A stretch of 64,000 bases of DNA. Source: Octopus sinensis. Its lineage: Eukaryota. Under the pieces are notes generated by a model. The model saw nothing but the letters and a program-made list of their open reading frames with translations. It ran no database searches and had not been told where the DNA came from. Of this stretch, positions 41,636 through 54,439 are shown one piece after another (the stretch's first letter is position 1; each line of letters opens with the position of its first letter). The DNA is taken from assembly GCF_006345805.1 (NCBI RefSeq), contig NC_043011.1, positions 3,720,001 to 3,784,000 of the forward strand, in the 5' to 3' direction. The translations under genes and the position numbers were made by a program.

Positions 41636-41827
41636 ATGTATATACATATGTTTAGGTGTATATATACTGATACATACGTATATACACAGACATATATACA
41701 TTTGGAATTATATATATATGTGTATTGTGTGTGTGTGTGTTTTGAAATTTATTATAAAATTTGTATATGTATACCATAAAAATTGTATCAGATATATATG
41801 TATGTGTGTGTGTGTAAATATATATAT

Positions 41828-41881
<54 letters not shown>

Positions 41882-41960
41882 ATATATATATGTATATATT
41901 ATGCATATATATTATATATATATATACATATATATATATTATATATATATGTATATATTA

Positions 41961-42043
<83 letters not shown>

Positions 42044-42205
42044 CATATATATATACACACATATATATACATATATATATATAGACATACATATAATATA
42101 TGGTATATGCGGGATAAATAAATGTGTGTAAAGATATATGTGTATATATTATATTTATATATTATATTTATATTTATATATTGAATACATATATATATAT
42201 ACATA

Positions 42206-42244
<39 letters not shown>

Positions 42245-42249
<5 letters not shown>

Positions 42250-42363
42250 CAGCCATATCACATTAAAAGCACCAGTTTTCATCTGATCACTGAAGTTAAG
42301 CAACATCGAGCCTAATGAGTACTTAAACAGGTGACCACTTGAGAAACGTAGGTGTATAAGCCT
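42245..42363 (+). pseudogene. 5S rRNA pseudogene, full length
   Basis: TACAGCCATATCAC...TGATCACTGAAGTTAAGCAACATCGAGCC...AGTACTT...GGTGACCAC is collinear with the eukaryotic 5S consensus, with many CpG-to-TpG/CpA changes. Confidence 0.85.
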
Positions 42364-42429
42364 CTCACACCTTTATACGCACAGGAGTGGCTGTGTTATA
42401 AGTAGCTTGGTTACCAACCACATTGTTCC

Positions 42430-44415
42430 TGATGAGTTGTTTCATGGTCTGGACATAGCTCTATGGGCATAGAGAAGCTGCACCACAGGAACATGAAAGA
42501 GTGGAAAAACTCCTCAATGCACACATGTGGTGCAACATATTCCAACATATGAAAAGGACAGCACACAATTACCAAGCTTCCAACAATGATGTTCCTGCAC
42601 TATACGGGTTACGCAAAGACCATAAACCCTACATAAACCCTGTCATGGGTCCCCCAACCAGACCAGTTTGTGGGGCCAATATCTCCAGCAACTACAGACT
42701 GTCCTAATTCCTCTCACAGGTATTATGACCTCTCATAGAAATGTCTCCAGATGTGTGTATGAGCACGGAAGATCTCAGTAAAATTGGTACTTGCAACCAC
42801 TCCAACGATCTCATAAGTTGTGTGATGGGTAGTATGGATGTGATTTCACTCTACCCATCAATAGGCATAGATTTTGCTGTGGAGAAATGCATTTAGGTAA
42901 TCTGTGAGAGTGGAGTAGAGTTCCGTAAGGTCAACACAAGGGATCAGGAGCTCATCCTTAAACTAAGCTACGACAGTGACTATTTAGATGACCATGACCT
43001 CAGTAGATTCTGCCCCACCAGGTCACAGAGGGGAGGCCCACCCACCATCACCTCAGCAGTGAAGAAAAGCACCACAGAGCTCTGGAGTGGCTTGACTGCA
43101 CCCACCCAAAACTCTGACATCAACAATCAGGTGGAAGAAATTATTGCACATGCAATAGGGGCCAGTGTAAAAACCACATTGAAGAACCACATAATAAAGT
43201 TTAACAAAAAACTTTACATGCAGGTTAAAGGTGCAGCCATCGGTGTCGGTGTGGCTGGAGATGTGGTCGGCCTCTTCATGACCTGGTGGGACAGAAAACT
43301 CAAGCATTTGTAAGCAGAACAGTCCACAACTCTTCTACTTTACAGTAGATATGCAAATGACATTAACATAATAGTTAAAACCAATTCTTGTAACAGTAGT
43401 GTAGAAACTGAGTGGAACGTAATGGATAGCATCCAGCAAGTAGTTAACTCAATCCACCAAAGTATCAAGATGACTATAGATTACCCCACTAGGCACCCCA
43501 ACAATAGACTCCCCGTCCTTGATACTGAACTTTGGTTAGAGGCTGTTAACAATAGAGTGCAGCTCTTCCACTCCTATTACATGAAACCCATAGCTTTAAA
43601 ATATGTTGTTCACAAGAACTCAGCTTTGTCACACAAAATGAAAATTAACATACTGATAGCAGACTTAGTTAAGATAATGAACAACATGTCCCCACTATGC
43701 AAACCCTATGAAACAAAAAAACATATACAGAACTTCATGCACCACATGCAATTATCTGGATATGATCAGAAAGATAAGGTTCGAGTATACAGGGGTGCTA
43801 GAAAGAAATTAGATAACATTATATGTAATGATGCCAGTGATATCTGCCCTAGATATAGAAACAAAGACTGGAATAGGATACAAAGAACTTGTGACAAAGC
43901 AAACAAGGCAAGCACGTGGTATAAAACTGTCATATATCAAGGAGTGATGTTTGTAGAGGCCACAGCCTATGGAGAACTAGCTCGTAGATTTAGGAAAGCT
44001 CTGAAGGAGACCAAACTCAACATTAAGATTGTTAAAAAGCCAGGGAACTATGTAGAACGTACCCCTTTGAGAATACCATATGCACAATGATAACTGCATG
44101 GTATGTAGGATTAGCCCTGGCATTAACTGTAGAACTAGAAATGTAGTTTACAGCATAAGACATGAACATGACATACATAGGGGAGACATCTAGGAGCATT
44201 GCAGAATGACTAAATGAACATGTGAGACAATATGACAACAAAAAACAGTCCTCCATACTCAACCAATATGTCAAGGACCAACATGGAGGCAATCTGGGTC
44301 AACTTGAGATCTGCATCTTATCCAAGCACCCAAAGGACCCAACACTCAGACAAATACAGGAGTACATCCTCATAAATGAAACTTCCCCAATACTAAATAG
44401 GAAATATACAGAGTA
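42430..44415 (+). mobile_element. Penelope-like element (RT plus C-terminal GIY-YIG), 5'-truncated and pseudogenised
   Basis: PALYGLRKDHK..PTRPVCGA, SMDVISLYPSI, QVKGAAIG, RYAND, LPVLDTELW, YYMKP, SGY, C..C...C...VVY.I, ETSRS, H...QH, RQIQE..I....LNRK; several stops and frameshifts. Confidence 0.88.
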
Positions 44416-44959
44416 GATATCATACCCCCATACTCACAGTTTACACAGGTAGAATAGAATAGTGAGTGGGCTGTTATGTAGATGGATGTGTGTATGAGTC
44501 TTTGTGTCGGTGTATGTATATATATATATATATATATGCACATGTATGTAAGCATATTGTTATGAAAGTAAACAGATTAACATACAGACGGATAGGTACA
44601 TAGGTTATATAAACAGACAAGCACACATACACAAATGAAGACTGAAACACATGGCCATATATACACACACACTTTACTTCACACAGACACATATGGAGAT
44701 ACACATCCATACATACAAACAGAGTACATAGTTGCAAAACACACACAGACTCAGACACACACACACACATATATAAAAACACACAAACACAGACATGCAA
44801 ACACATGAATATGCAGAATACATACATACACACACATGCGTACATACATACATACATACATACATACATACATACATGCATGTGTCTGCACACACACACA
44901 CTAACCTACACATATGCACACAAACAAAAAAAGTGCATTGTGAATAACAGACAGTCAAA

Positions 44960-45125
44960 ACTATTGAAAAGGTTGCAAGACGCAATGAAAATTTTTTGAA
45001 AAATAAAGAAGAAATAAGTGGAAATTTTACCAGTGAATGTGTTAAAAGAGAATGACTCTCCCCAGACACAGCAGAATATGCTTCAAGACACGAACTCACA
45101 TAAAGAATCTTGCAAACGAAATCCA
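44960..45125 (+). repeat. Dispersed repeat also present at about 4187-4325
   Basis: Both copies share ACTATTGAAAAGGTTGCAAGACGCAA...AATGACTCTCCCCAGACAC. Confidence 0.8.
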
Positions 45126-45134
45126 AAAACGAAA

Positions 45135-45170
<36 letters not shown>

Positions 45171-45844
45171 TGTATGTGTATATACGTGTATGTATGTGTA
45201 TATACGTGTATGTATGTGTATATATGTGTGTGTTTGAGTGCATGTGTATGCACACACACACACACACACACACTGCGCAATTACTACACACTCATAGATA
45301 AATGGCTGGATGGATGCCCAGCTCCATGGTTAAGAACTTTACTTTAAACTCATGAGTTTGATCCAACTGCATAGTATCTTGGCCAATTGTTTTTTTACTT
45401 AACCACAGTCTCACTGACTATGTAGAAACCTGTCTGATGGACTGTATATTATTCAAAGAGTTAGCCTTGGTCCACAGAAAACATGTCTCAAAAAAAAACA
45501 GAATATGTGTCTCAAGATAATGACAAAATGTATCTTAAAATAAGGACTATATGAAGTCCATAGACAATTATTGAAAGAATGAGCAAAATGAAGCCCAATG
45601 CATCACTGATACATATGGCAGCTTATTATTTCTTAAATACAAAATTCCATGAAGAACCAGTAAGAAGTCTTTATCCTTGGTATGTAAATTACTGGTGCTT
45701 ATTTTAAATCAAACCAGTAAACTGAGGGATAAAGCCCAGGACTTGAACTTAGAAACTAGAGGAAGTAATTATTAAAACTATTTATGTTCAGTTCGTGAAT
45801 TTTACACTACTAATACTACTACTAATGATGATGATGATGAAGAT

Positions 45845-46990
45845 GATGAGATCTGGTCCCCACCAAAACATATGTAGAGCTATAATTTGTTTGCCAATAA
45901 CATACAAACTGCTCATACCTACAGTCTGTAACAAGATGGTTCCTCACCTGGAGAGCAATAACATCTTACCAGAGAAGCAGAAATGAGGCTACAAAGGGTT
46001 GTATGTACAGTTCTTCAATACTTAACAGCGTTTATACTATACAATACTTCTCAGCAATCAATGCATGCCATATTAAAGGTTTGTTCTCCCCTTTTAGTAC
46101 TTTGTACAAGTTCAACAACTTCTGCACTTTTGCACAACAGGGTTATGCTATTAATAGGGGAAGTAGGGAATGCGAAGAAAGAGGATGAAATAGTGTCACT
46201 GAATAAATCAAGAGAAATTAAAAGTAATTAAGGACAAGACAAGGAAAAAAGGTGAAAGGTTTTTAGGGAATTTACTTTGTTAAGAAATCTCAAAAATTGA
46301 TTTTGTGCACCGGCACATTGAAGACACTGTATTTAAATAAAACAGTTCCAACTCTATGAAAGTACCTCAACTATGATATATCAAAATGGAAAACCATATA
46401 CCACCACAAGGTGAAGAGAAAATGAATAAATCCCTCCTGGTAGCCATTAGATTAGGAATCTTTCAGAGAAACTCCTTCTCCTCTCCAGTCTTCTCCTTAG
46501 CTTTGATATTATTAAAATTTGTGGAGAAAAACCACTGACTGTCACAAATTCTACTGACAAATTATGTTATCTACTCTACATGGATAGCTTAAAACTTGTT
46601 AAAAAGAATAACACTCAACTGGAGAACCAACTAAAAATTCTTCATAGATTTTGCCGAAATATAAAGATAAATGTGGAAAAAATTGTTATTAAAAAAAACA
46701 GGTAGATGCCAATAGCATTTGATGACATTAAATTAGATCCAACTGCATGATGTTAGGAAATATTTTAAAGTAGAAGTTACTGATTAGGTATAACACAGAA
46801 ATTAAGGAAGAAAATGAGAAAAAGGTACAATAGAACCTGAACTCAATCTTAGCAATAAATAGATATAAACACAAACGTACCCTAATAAAGTAGAAGTTCA
46901 ATGAATTGAAGTGACAACATTGAAAACCTAGGAAACAAGGGTGTGATGAACTGCTCCACAGACAAGCTGTGATTTTGAGGATGCTTATGT
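45845..46990 (+). mobile_element. Second, older R4/Dong-like RT fragment
   Basis: Degenerate R.I.CLPITYKLL..HLESNNILPE.Q; LCYLLYMDSLKL...QLENQLKILHRF. Confidence 0.6.
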
Positions 46991-47134
46991 ATCCCACACA
47001 CTGGGACTGAAAAGATGGTTAGAAGCGAGACAAGGAAACTGATTGGCATAATAAACAAACGTGGCTGTAAAAAAATGATGGAATGGTCATGGCTGGAATA
47101 TATTTGCTCATAATTCCACTGGATAAGGCCTCAT

Positions 47135-47412
47135 GGCTCGGCTTCACAAACGAAGATCAGGAAGGCTGTCCATGTTGCGTGCATGCACGCTCATGACTGA
47201 TAAGTCCAATATGGGAAAGGCAGGTCCGTAAGCAGTGTCCACAGACGAAGGTAACATCCGGTGTTGTGTCAGAGGCGGCTCGTGCCTTCCTCCTGCGTCT
47301 CTTGTCTTTAAGTGCATCTCTTCTTTGTTCCTCAAGCTTGCTGACTGCGTTGAAGATCGTGTGGCGCCAGACATCACGGTCCGCAGCCAGGTCTGACCAG
47401 CATTGGTGGGTA
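47135..47412 (-). mobile_element. RTE-BovB-like LINE 3' end
   Basis: WSDLAADRDVWR...KRRRRKAR...FVCGHCLRTCLSHIGLISHERAC followed by a short 3' UTR. Confidence 0.85.
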
Positions 47413-47989
47413 ATTTGACATGCTATTAAATAACAACAACAACGATTAACCAGAACCATTGAGAAAATTGTTGTATTTAACTTAAAAAAAAACAAGATAA
47501 TAAAACAATGAATGATAATTTCTAATATAAACAGAAGACCATACATTTGTTTTTTTTTTGTGAGGACATTGTTAACTAACACAGATACTTGTACATATTG
47601 ATTTTTATTTTATATTTCTGTTAGTGAAAAAGTGAGTCATTGGTCACTACTTTCCATTGAGCCAGGCTGTGGTTCATTGTATATGACAAGGGAGTATTTA
47701 AAACTCAGTGTGTAACAAATATCAAAAAGTATTTTGCCTGAAGATCCTAGTCATTCACTTTTCTACGCATTGATTGCATCAGTGTTTCCCAAAATTTATT
47801 GGGAAGCCACCCCATTAGCATCCATGCCACATTCCTAGACCCTCACCCAAACACCCACCCACCCACCCAACTCACCACCACAAGAGGAGACCACTTTCTG
47901 CAGCAAATTCCAAACAACTGTATTTCACAAATAAAATTTAACTTAATCAATCCATTATTTCATTGTTTTTACACTTATGCCTGTTCTAG

Positions 47990-48365
47990 TAGAGTGCCAA
48001 GTGCACCATCCGAGTGTGATCGTTGCCAGGGCAGCTAATTGACTTCCGTACCCATGGCACATAAAAGGGCACCATTCGAGTGTGATCGTTACCAACGTCG
48101 CTTCACTGGCACCTGTGCCAGTGGCACATGTAAAAAGATTCAAGCGAGGTCATTGCCAGTGCCGCCTGACTGGCCTCCATGCCGGTGGCATATAAAAAGC
48201 ACCCACTACACTCTCAGAGTGGTTGGCGTTAGGAAGGGCATCCAACTGTAGAAATTCTGCCAGATCAAGATTGGAGCCTGGTGCAGCCATCTGGTTCGCC
48301 AATCCTCAGTCAAAATTGTCCAACCCATGCTAGCATGGAAAGCGGACGTTAAACGATGATAATGA
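47990..48365 (+). mobile_element. RTE 3' UTR copy with (GAT)n-like tail
   Basis: Matches 62620-62885. Confidence 0.8.
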
Positions 48366-49622
48366 TAATCATCATCATCATCCCCATTTGGTCACCATAT
48401 TATCACCCAACATTCTTCAATGCCCACCTAGAATTTTCCCCTGTCCCTAGGGAGGTAGTACCAACCACTTTGGGAACCACTGTTTTACACTGAAAAATAT
48501 ACATACACAGGGTTTACAAACAGAAAAAAAAGTAGCACTCAATACATTGTGTACAATATTATTATTATTAAATCTGGAAACACTTTAGATATTACTCGAG
48601 TTACTCTGGGGTCTCAGGTTTCTTTGTCAAGGGATTAGGTGTGACAGATAGAAAGGAAAACGATGAGAAAACTAGGGTTAGGCAATTCTTATACATGAAA
48701 TACAAGCCATGAAAGTAACTTCTGACTTGTTTTCAGCTCCAAACAATATACTTACATTCATACATACATATTCATGTGTGTGTGTGTGTGCAAATGTATA
48801 TGCGTGTGTGTGTGTTCATATATGTTCATGTGTGTGTGATAAAATATATAATCGGTCTATCCATTTTATTTAAGCCACTTCTTTGGACATAATCTTTATT
48901 GTGAAGCAGTGGAACAAATTGCTCTAAAAGCACCAGTGCAGTGTGTGTATGTGTGCGTGTGTGTGTGTGTGTGAGAGAGAGTGAGAATGACAAAGATTTT
49001 TATTACTGTAGGGAAAAGGATGAAGACAAAGGAAGCAGGGTGTGAATGGTTTCAACACCATCTAAAGAGATATAACTGAAAATTGAACATTACTTTGCTC
49101 CACTGCTTCACTGATTCTGCCAATCCAAGCATGGCTTCTTCATTTAAAATGTTTCAAAATAAACAGCACAATACAATATTACAAAAAAAAAAAAGCTAAC
49201 ATAAGCAAGTGATGCACATATAAAGAAATAATTATACATACTACAATCTTTCTCATTATCTAAGTATCTATCTTTCTGTCTCGTCATTTTTTTTCATCTA
49301 ATCTTTCCATGTTTGCATAGCTGGGACTGATCTTTCTCAGCACAGCATCTTGCCACTTATTACAGTTTTTTTACCATCTTCTTCATGAGCTTTAGATTCT
49401 CAAGATCTGTATTTTTTCATGTGTTTTTCATGATCTAGCTTTTCTGCAGGTTTTTTTTTTCCATACCTAATCACATACACACATGTACAATTAATCCATA
49501 ATGATTATATATTTTGTCAGACTAACGATTATGGATTAAAAGTTTATTCATTCTCAGACTTATCTTTGAGTTCTTTATTCTACATAGCCAGACATATCTT
49601 CTTTGAACTTATTACCGCTGGA

Positions 49623-49699
<77 letters not shown>

Positions 49700-49787
49700 G
49701 CATATATAAACCCCACTCCTACACAAATGCACACACCATTGTATAGAATGTGCATATATGAATATTTTATGTATATATATATATCGA

Positions 49788-49866
<79 letters not shown>

Positions 49867-50200
49867 GTATGTATATATGTATGTATGCTTATATATGTCT
49901 ATGTATGTATATATATATATACATACATATACATATATGTATATATTCCCTCTTTCTCTCTTTCAGAGAGGCACTGAGCACCTACATGCACATATACACA
50001 CACGGCAGTAAATTCCACCTAACGAATTCAATCACAAAGCTTCGGTCAGCTCGGGGCTATAGCAGAAGACACCAAACCAAAGTGCCACGCAGTGGGACTG
50101 AACCTGAAACCATGTAGTAGGAATCAAGCTCCCTAACCACACAGCCATTAAATTAATAATAGTATACATATGTATATAATTATATTAATTATTATATTAA

Positions 50201-50848
50201 GGGAGCAAGGGCAAAACGATCTAACTGCAGCATGCTTGAAGTGCCGATACCTTCAAAAAACTTCCCAAAACTCCCAAAAACGGGCTAGTGAAAGAATATT
50301 AAAAAAGACCTCACGTTAATAGTAAATTGGTTCCAAATCCTGGATTAAAACCAGAAATAAACTTTCTTCCTTCATCAACACAATACACAGGCTCATTAAC
50401 GTGATTTTTATCCTTAAATTCTATTATGAATTAATAAATAAAATAAAATAAAAATAATTATTTTTTGCTCCTGACCAGAATAGCATTTACTGTTTGGCTA
50501 TTCATATAATATACACATTAGCTGTCATGAGGGGATTTGAAATTGACTTATCGTAGATCTATATGTGCAAATATTTGTATGTAGACGCGGGAACCTGCTT
50601 TGGATGGTGTGTACAATTATTTTGGATTTATATTTCCCCTCTGTATTGTGTTGACGAAGAAAAAAAGCCTATTTTTGGCTTTAATCCAGAATTTGGAACC
50701 AGTTCACAATTAACATGAGGTCTTTTTTAATATTCTTTCACTAGCCCACTTTCAGCCATGTGTATATTTATCTGGAGTTTTTGGTAGTTTTTTGAAAGTA
50801 TCGGCATATCAAGCATGCTGGAGATAGGTCGTTTTTGCCCTCTCTACC
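50201..50848. mobile_element. Non-autonomous DNA transposon with about 200-bp TIRs, TTAA on both flanks and GG...CC termini (Kolobok-like)
   Basis: TTAA|GGGAGCAAGGGCAAAACGATC ... GGTCGTTTTTGCCCTCTCTACC|TTAA; long inner inverted homology; no ORF. Confidence 0.6.
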
Positions 50849-50941
50849 TTAATATAATTATAATTTAATGTATAAATTGCCTATAAATTTTTATATCATG
50901 CTGAATACCTGATAAAAATCATTAACATGATTTTTATCCTT

Positions 50942-50984
<43 letters not shown>

Positions 50985-51126
50985 TTTTATCCTTATATAT
51001 ATATATATATATAAATATAGAAATATAATAAAAGGCTCCCAAATAAGGAAGCTTAGTGCCAGAGACACAAAGAGGGATAAATTCATGGAGAGAATGAAAA
51101 TCAAAAACATTTACCATTAACGATAT

Positions 51127-51206
51127 ATCCCGGACTGATCAGTTTCTACCTCTTTCTAGCAACACAGACAGAATATGTTTGCTAAGGCCGGATTCATCAG
51201 CGGGAC
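51127..51206 (-). ncRNA. Type I hammerhead ribozyme, left arm
   Basis: GTCCCG-CTGATGA-long stem II-GAAAC-TGATCA-GTC-CGGGAT on the minus strand. Confidence 0.65.
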
Positions 51207-51445
51207 GCCTTTGCTAATTCTAGATGCACAGAGCGTTAGACCATGTGTCGGTCTAACAATTTGTATATCTTAACTTTTCAAACTTCTGCACAGACACAAA
51301 ATATACCCGGCAACATAGGGCATGCCGGTAAAAAATTTTACAAACAAATTTATCAAGTAATATGTGAAGTTTGAAAAGTTAAGATATACAAATTGTTAGA
51401 CCGACATGTGCTCTAACGCTCTGTGCATCTAGAATTAGCAAAGGC

Positions 51446-51525
51446 GTCCCGCTGAAGAACCTTGCCTTGGCAAACATATTCTGTCTGTTTTGCTAGAAAG
51501 AGGTAGAAACTGATCAGTCCGGGAT
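51446..51525 (+). ncRNA. Type I hammerhead ribozyme, right arm; predicted cleavage after C51519
   Basis: Stem I GTCCCG/CGGGAT; CTGAAGA 51452-58; stem II base ACCT/AGGT; GAAAC 51506-10; palindrome ACTGATCAGT; GTC 51517-19. Confidence 0.72.
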
Positions 51526-52909
51526 ATATCGTTAATGGTAAATGTTTTTGAGTTTCATTCTCTCCATGAATTTATCCCTCTTTGTGTCTCTGGCACTAAG
51601 CTTCCTTATTTGGGAGCCTTTTATTATATTTCTATATTTATATATATATATATATATATAAGGATAAAAATCATATATATATATATATATATAAGGATAA
51701 AAATCATATATATATATATATATTGCAAAAAACAGCATACCATATTGACTCGACACCCCTAATTGCCAGCTGTACCTCTGCAAAAAGCTGTGTATCGGCT
51801 ACCAGCCTGCAGTATCCATCAACAAGAAATATGAAGTATTGTACAGCTGTCACCAGAGGTACCCCCTACTGATAGATTTCAAGCAACTGGCCACTGACAA
51901 CCCGGATATACCCCCATGAATAGCACTGCAAATCACGAATCCCCAACACTTCCCCAAGCCTGTTTACCCACATACTCTCACCCCTTGTACAGCACCCCAT
52001 GTGTGATGAGTATGTGTGTGTGAGTATGTGTATCCATGCATACATGGATGTGTGAATGTACATCTAAGCACACATACACATTCATATAAGTACTGATGCA
52101 TATATGCAGTTATATATTGGCATATACATGTACATATATACCCCACATCTACTGCACATCGCTACCCCCCACCTCAATCACATGACTGATATCTTGTCCA
52201 CCACACTGTCAACTTCCTTTTGAACATGTAGTATTTTCCATCTAACTGTTGTCGCTGAATTTACTGACATCAATGTCACGTGACACTTCTTGACCAATCG
52301 TCCAGTAACAAACATTGACTGTCTTCATTTGAACTCTCACTCAGATTCCAATGGCCGAAGACCAGCCATGTGCTTGAAACTCAGAGTACTAAGGATTCTG
52401 AACCAAATTGTTTTGATCTATACATGTAACTCCCAATAAATGTGTTGAATGCCCTTCTTTCATTTGTCTACTCCCTTGTTCCTTCATCACCCCCAATTAC
52501 CTTCTCTCCTAAGACTATATACATATATATATATACATATGTATATGTGCACATATATGTATATATGTGTATATATATGTATGTGTGCATATGTATATGT
52601 ACATATGTATGTGTATGCGTGTATATATGTGTGTATGTGTATATATGTGCATATGTATGTATACGCGTGTATATATATGTATATATATATAACCCATGCT
52701 AGTAGTCCAACCCATGCTAGCATGGAAAGCGGACGTTAAATGATGATGATGATGATGATGATATATATATATATATATATATACCATATGTTTGTATGTG
52801 TGTGTATGTATTTTGTATGTATGTGTGTACATGTGTATATATTTATATGTATGTATATGCATATGCATATGTTTATGTATGTATGTATATATATATGCAT
52901 ATATGTGTA

Positions 52910-53180
52910 TTTGGGTGCGTGTTGTGTTCTTGAGCAAGGCACTTTATTTCACGTTGCTCCAGTTCACTCAGCTGTAGAAATGAGTTGCGACATCACAGGT
53001 GCCAAGCTGTATCGGCCCTTGCCTTTCCCTTGGATAACATCGGTGACGTGGAGAGGGGAGACCGGTATGCATGGGCGACTGCTGGTCTTCCATAAAACAA
53101 CCTTGCCCAGACTTGTGCCTCAGAGGGTAACTCTCTAGGTGCAAACCCATGGTCAGTGTCTGACCGAAGGGGGTCACCAT
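52910..53180 (+). mobile_element. SINE-like element family F, head truncated
   Basis: GTTCTTGAGCAAGGCACTTTATTTCACGTTGCTCCAGTTCACTCAGCTG, similar to the start of the body at about 20840; CpG-retaining. Confidence 0.55.
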
Positions 53181-53440
53181 ATTTATATGTGTGTATGTAT
53201 GTATGTATATGTGTATATGTGTATATATATATACATGTATGTATTTATGTATATATATATGTGTGTGTGTGTATGTGTATGTATGTGTATATGCATGTAT
53301 ATATTTATGTATGCGTATATATATTTTATATACACATATGTTTTTATATGTGCATATGTGTTTATATATGCATAATTATGTATATGCTTATATGTACATG
53401 GGTATATTTATGTATGTATACTTATGTGTATTTGTATGTG

Positions 53441-53476
<36 letters not shown>

Positions 53477-54016
53477 CGTGTGTGTGTGTATGTAGGTGTA
53501 TGTATGTATATGTATATATATATATGTGTGTGTGTGTGTATGTATATATATATGTATGTGTATGTATGTATATATATGTGCGTATGTATGTATGCATATG
53601 TATATTCGCATGTGTATGTATGTTTTTGTATGTATATTTATTTTACATTTTTTAATGTTTTTTCATGTATATTTATCTATTTACTCCCTCCACCTAACAA
53701 TAACAAACTGCCTACCTCTCCTTGACCACCAAAAAGCAATTGTCTTCAAATTTACCTAAAATCCCATCCCATATATCTGTTGAAATACTATTCTTGGGGT
53801 TTCTATTCATTTATTCTATTTATTCATTTATTTATTTTCTCACTGATTCTTCTCATTTCAAAATACACTCTGGCCTTTTGACCACTCCCCTAAGAACAAT
53901 AGCTTGTGCCCTGTTTATCTCCTAAATACCAACCTACCCAAAAAACGTCCCCCCTGCCACCACCACTCCATTAAATCTGCCTAAATGCATAAATACCAGA
54001 ACTTATTTTGACAGCC

Positions 54017-54067
54017 AGCTTCCTGAAGATTTCATCTGAATGAAACAGTTCTAGTCCTGTAGAAGCT
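54017..54067 (+). ncRNA. Compact type I HHR candidate
   Basis: AGCTTC-CTGAAGA-T-TTC/ATCT/GAA-T-GAAAC-AG-loop-CT-GTA-GAAGCT; 6-bp stem I and 4-bp stem III. Confidence 0.55.
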
Positions 54068-54149
54068 CCTCTTATAAAATAAATTACTTTACTCTGGTAT
54101 GTATTGAGTACCTTATCTACTGTGGTTAACCCCGACTCAACCCGGGACC

Positions 54150-54192
<43 letters not shown>

Positions 54193-54439
54193 CAGATATA
54201 GGGTAAAGAATTATTAATTTAAAAATCAATAAATTTTACCAAGTAGTTTCACTATGGAAAGAGAACCATTATTGGTAGAAACTTTTACAAAAAATTTTTT
54301 TATATATAATTAAATATAATTAAGGGTTAAGCAACAAGTTGCTTCACCACATACCAAAAGTTTAGAAATAGCAGCCAAAAACAGCACATTCTTTTTTACT
54401 ACAGATATGACTCCACAGATAACAATATCTGTGAAGTCA

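Larger units (their letters stand above)
50928..51706. mobile_element. Young fold-back element (inverted pseudo-LTR pair) with an HHR in each arm
   Basis: Arms 50928-51286 and 51366-51706; about 10 mismatches over the roughly 275-bp non-microsatellite part; 79-bp spacer. Confidence 0.9.

Noticed and set aside
42430-44415. Selenocysteine recoding in the Penelope ORF
   Set aside because: Stops include TAA and TAG, and the TGA codons are not at cysteine positions; ordinary decay.
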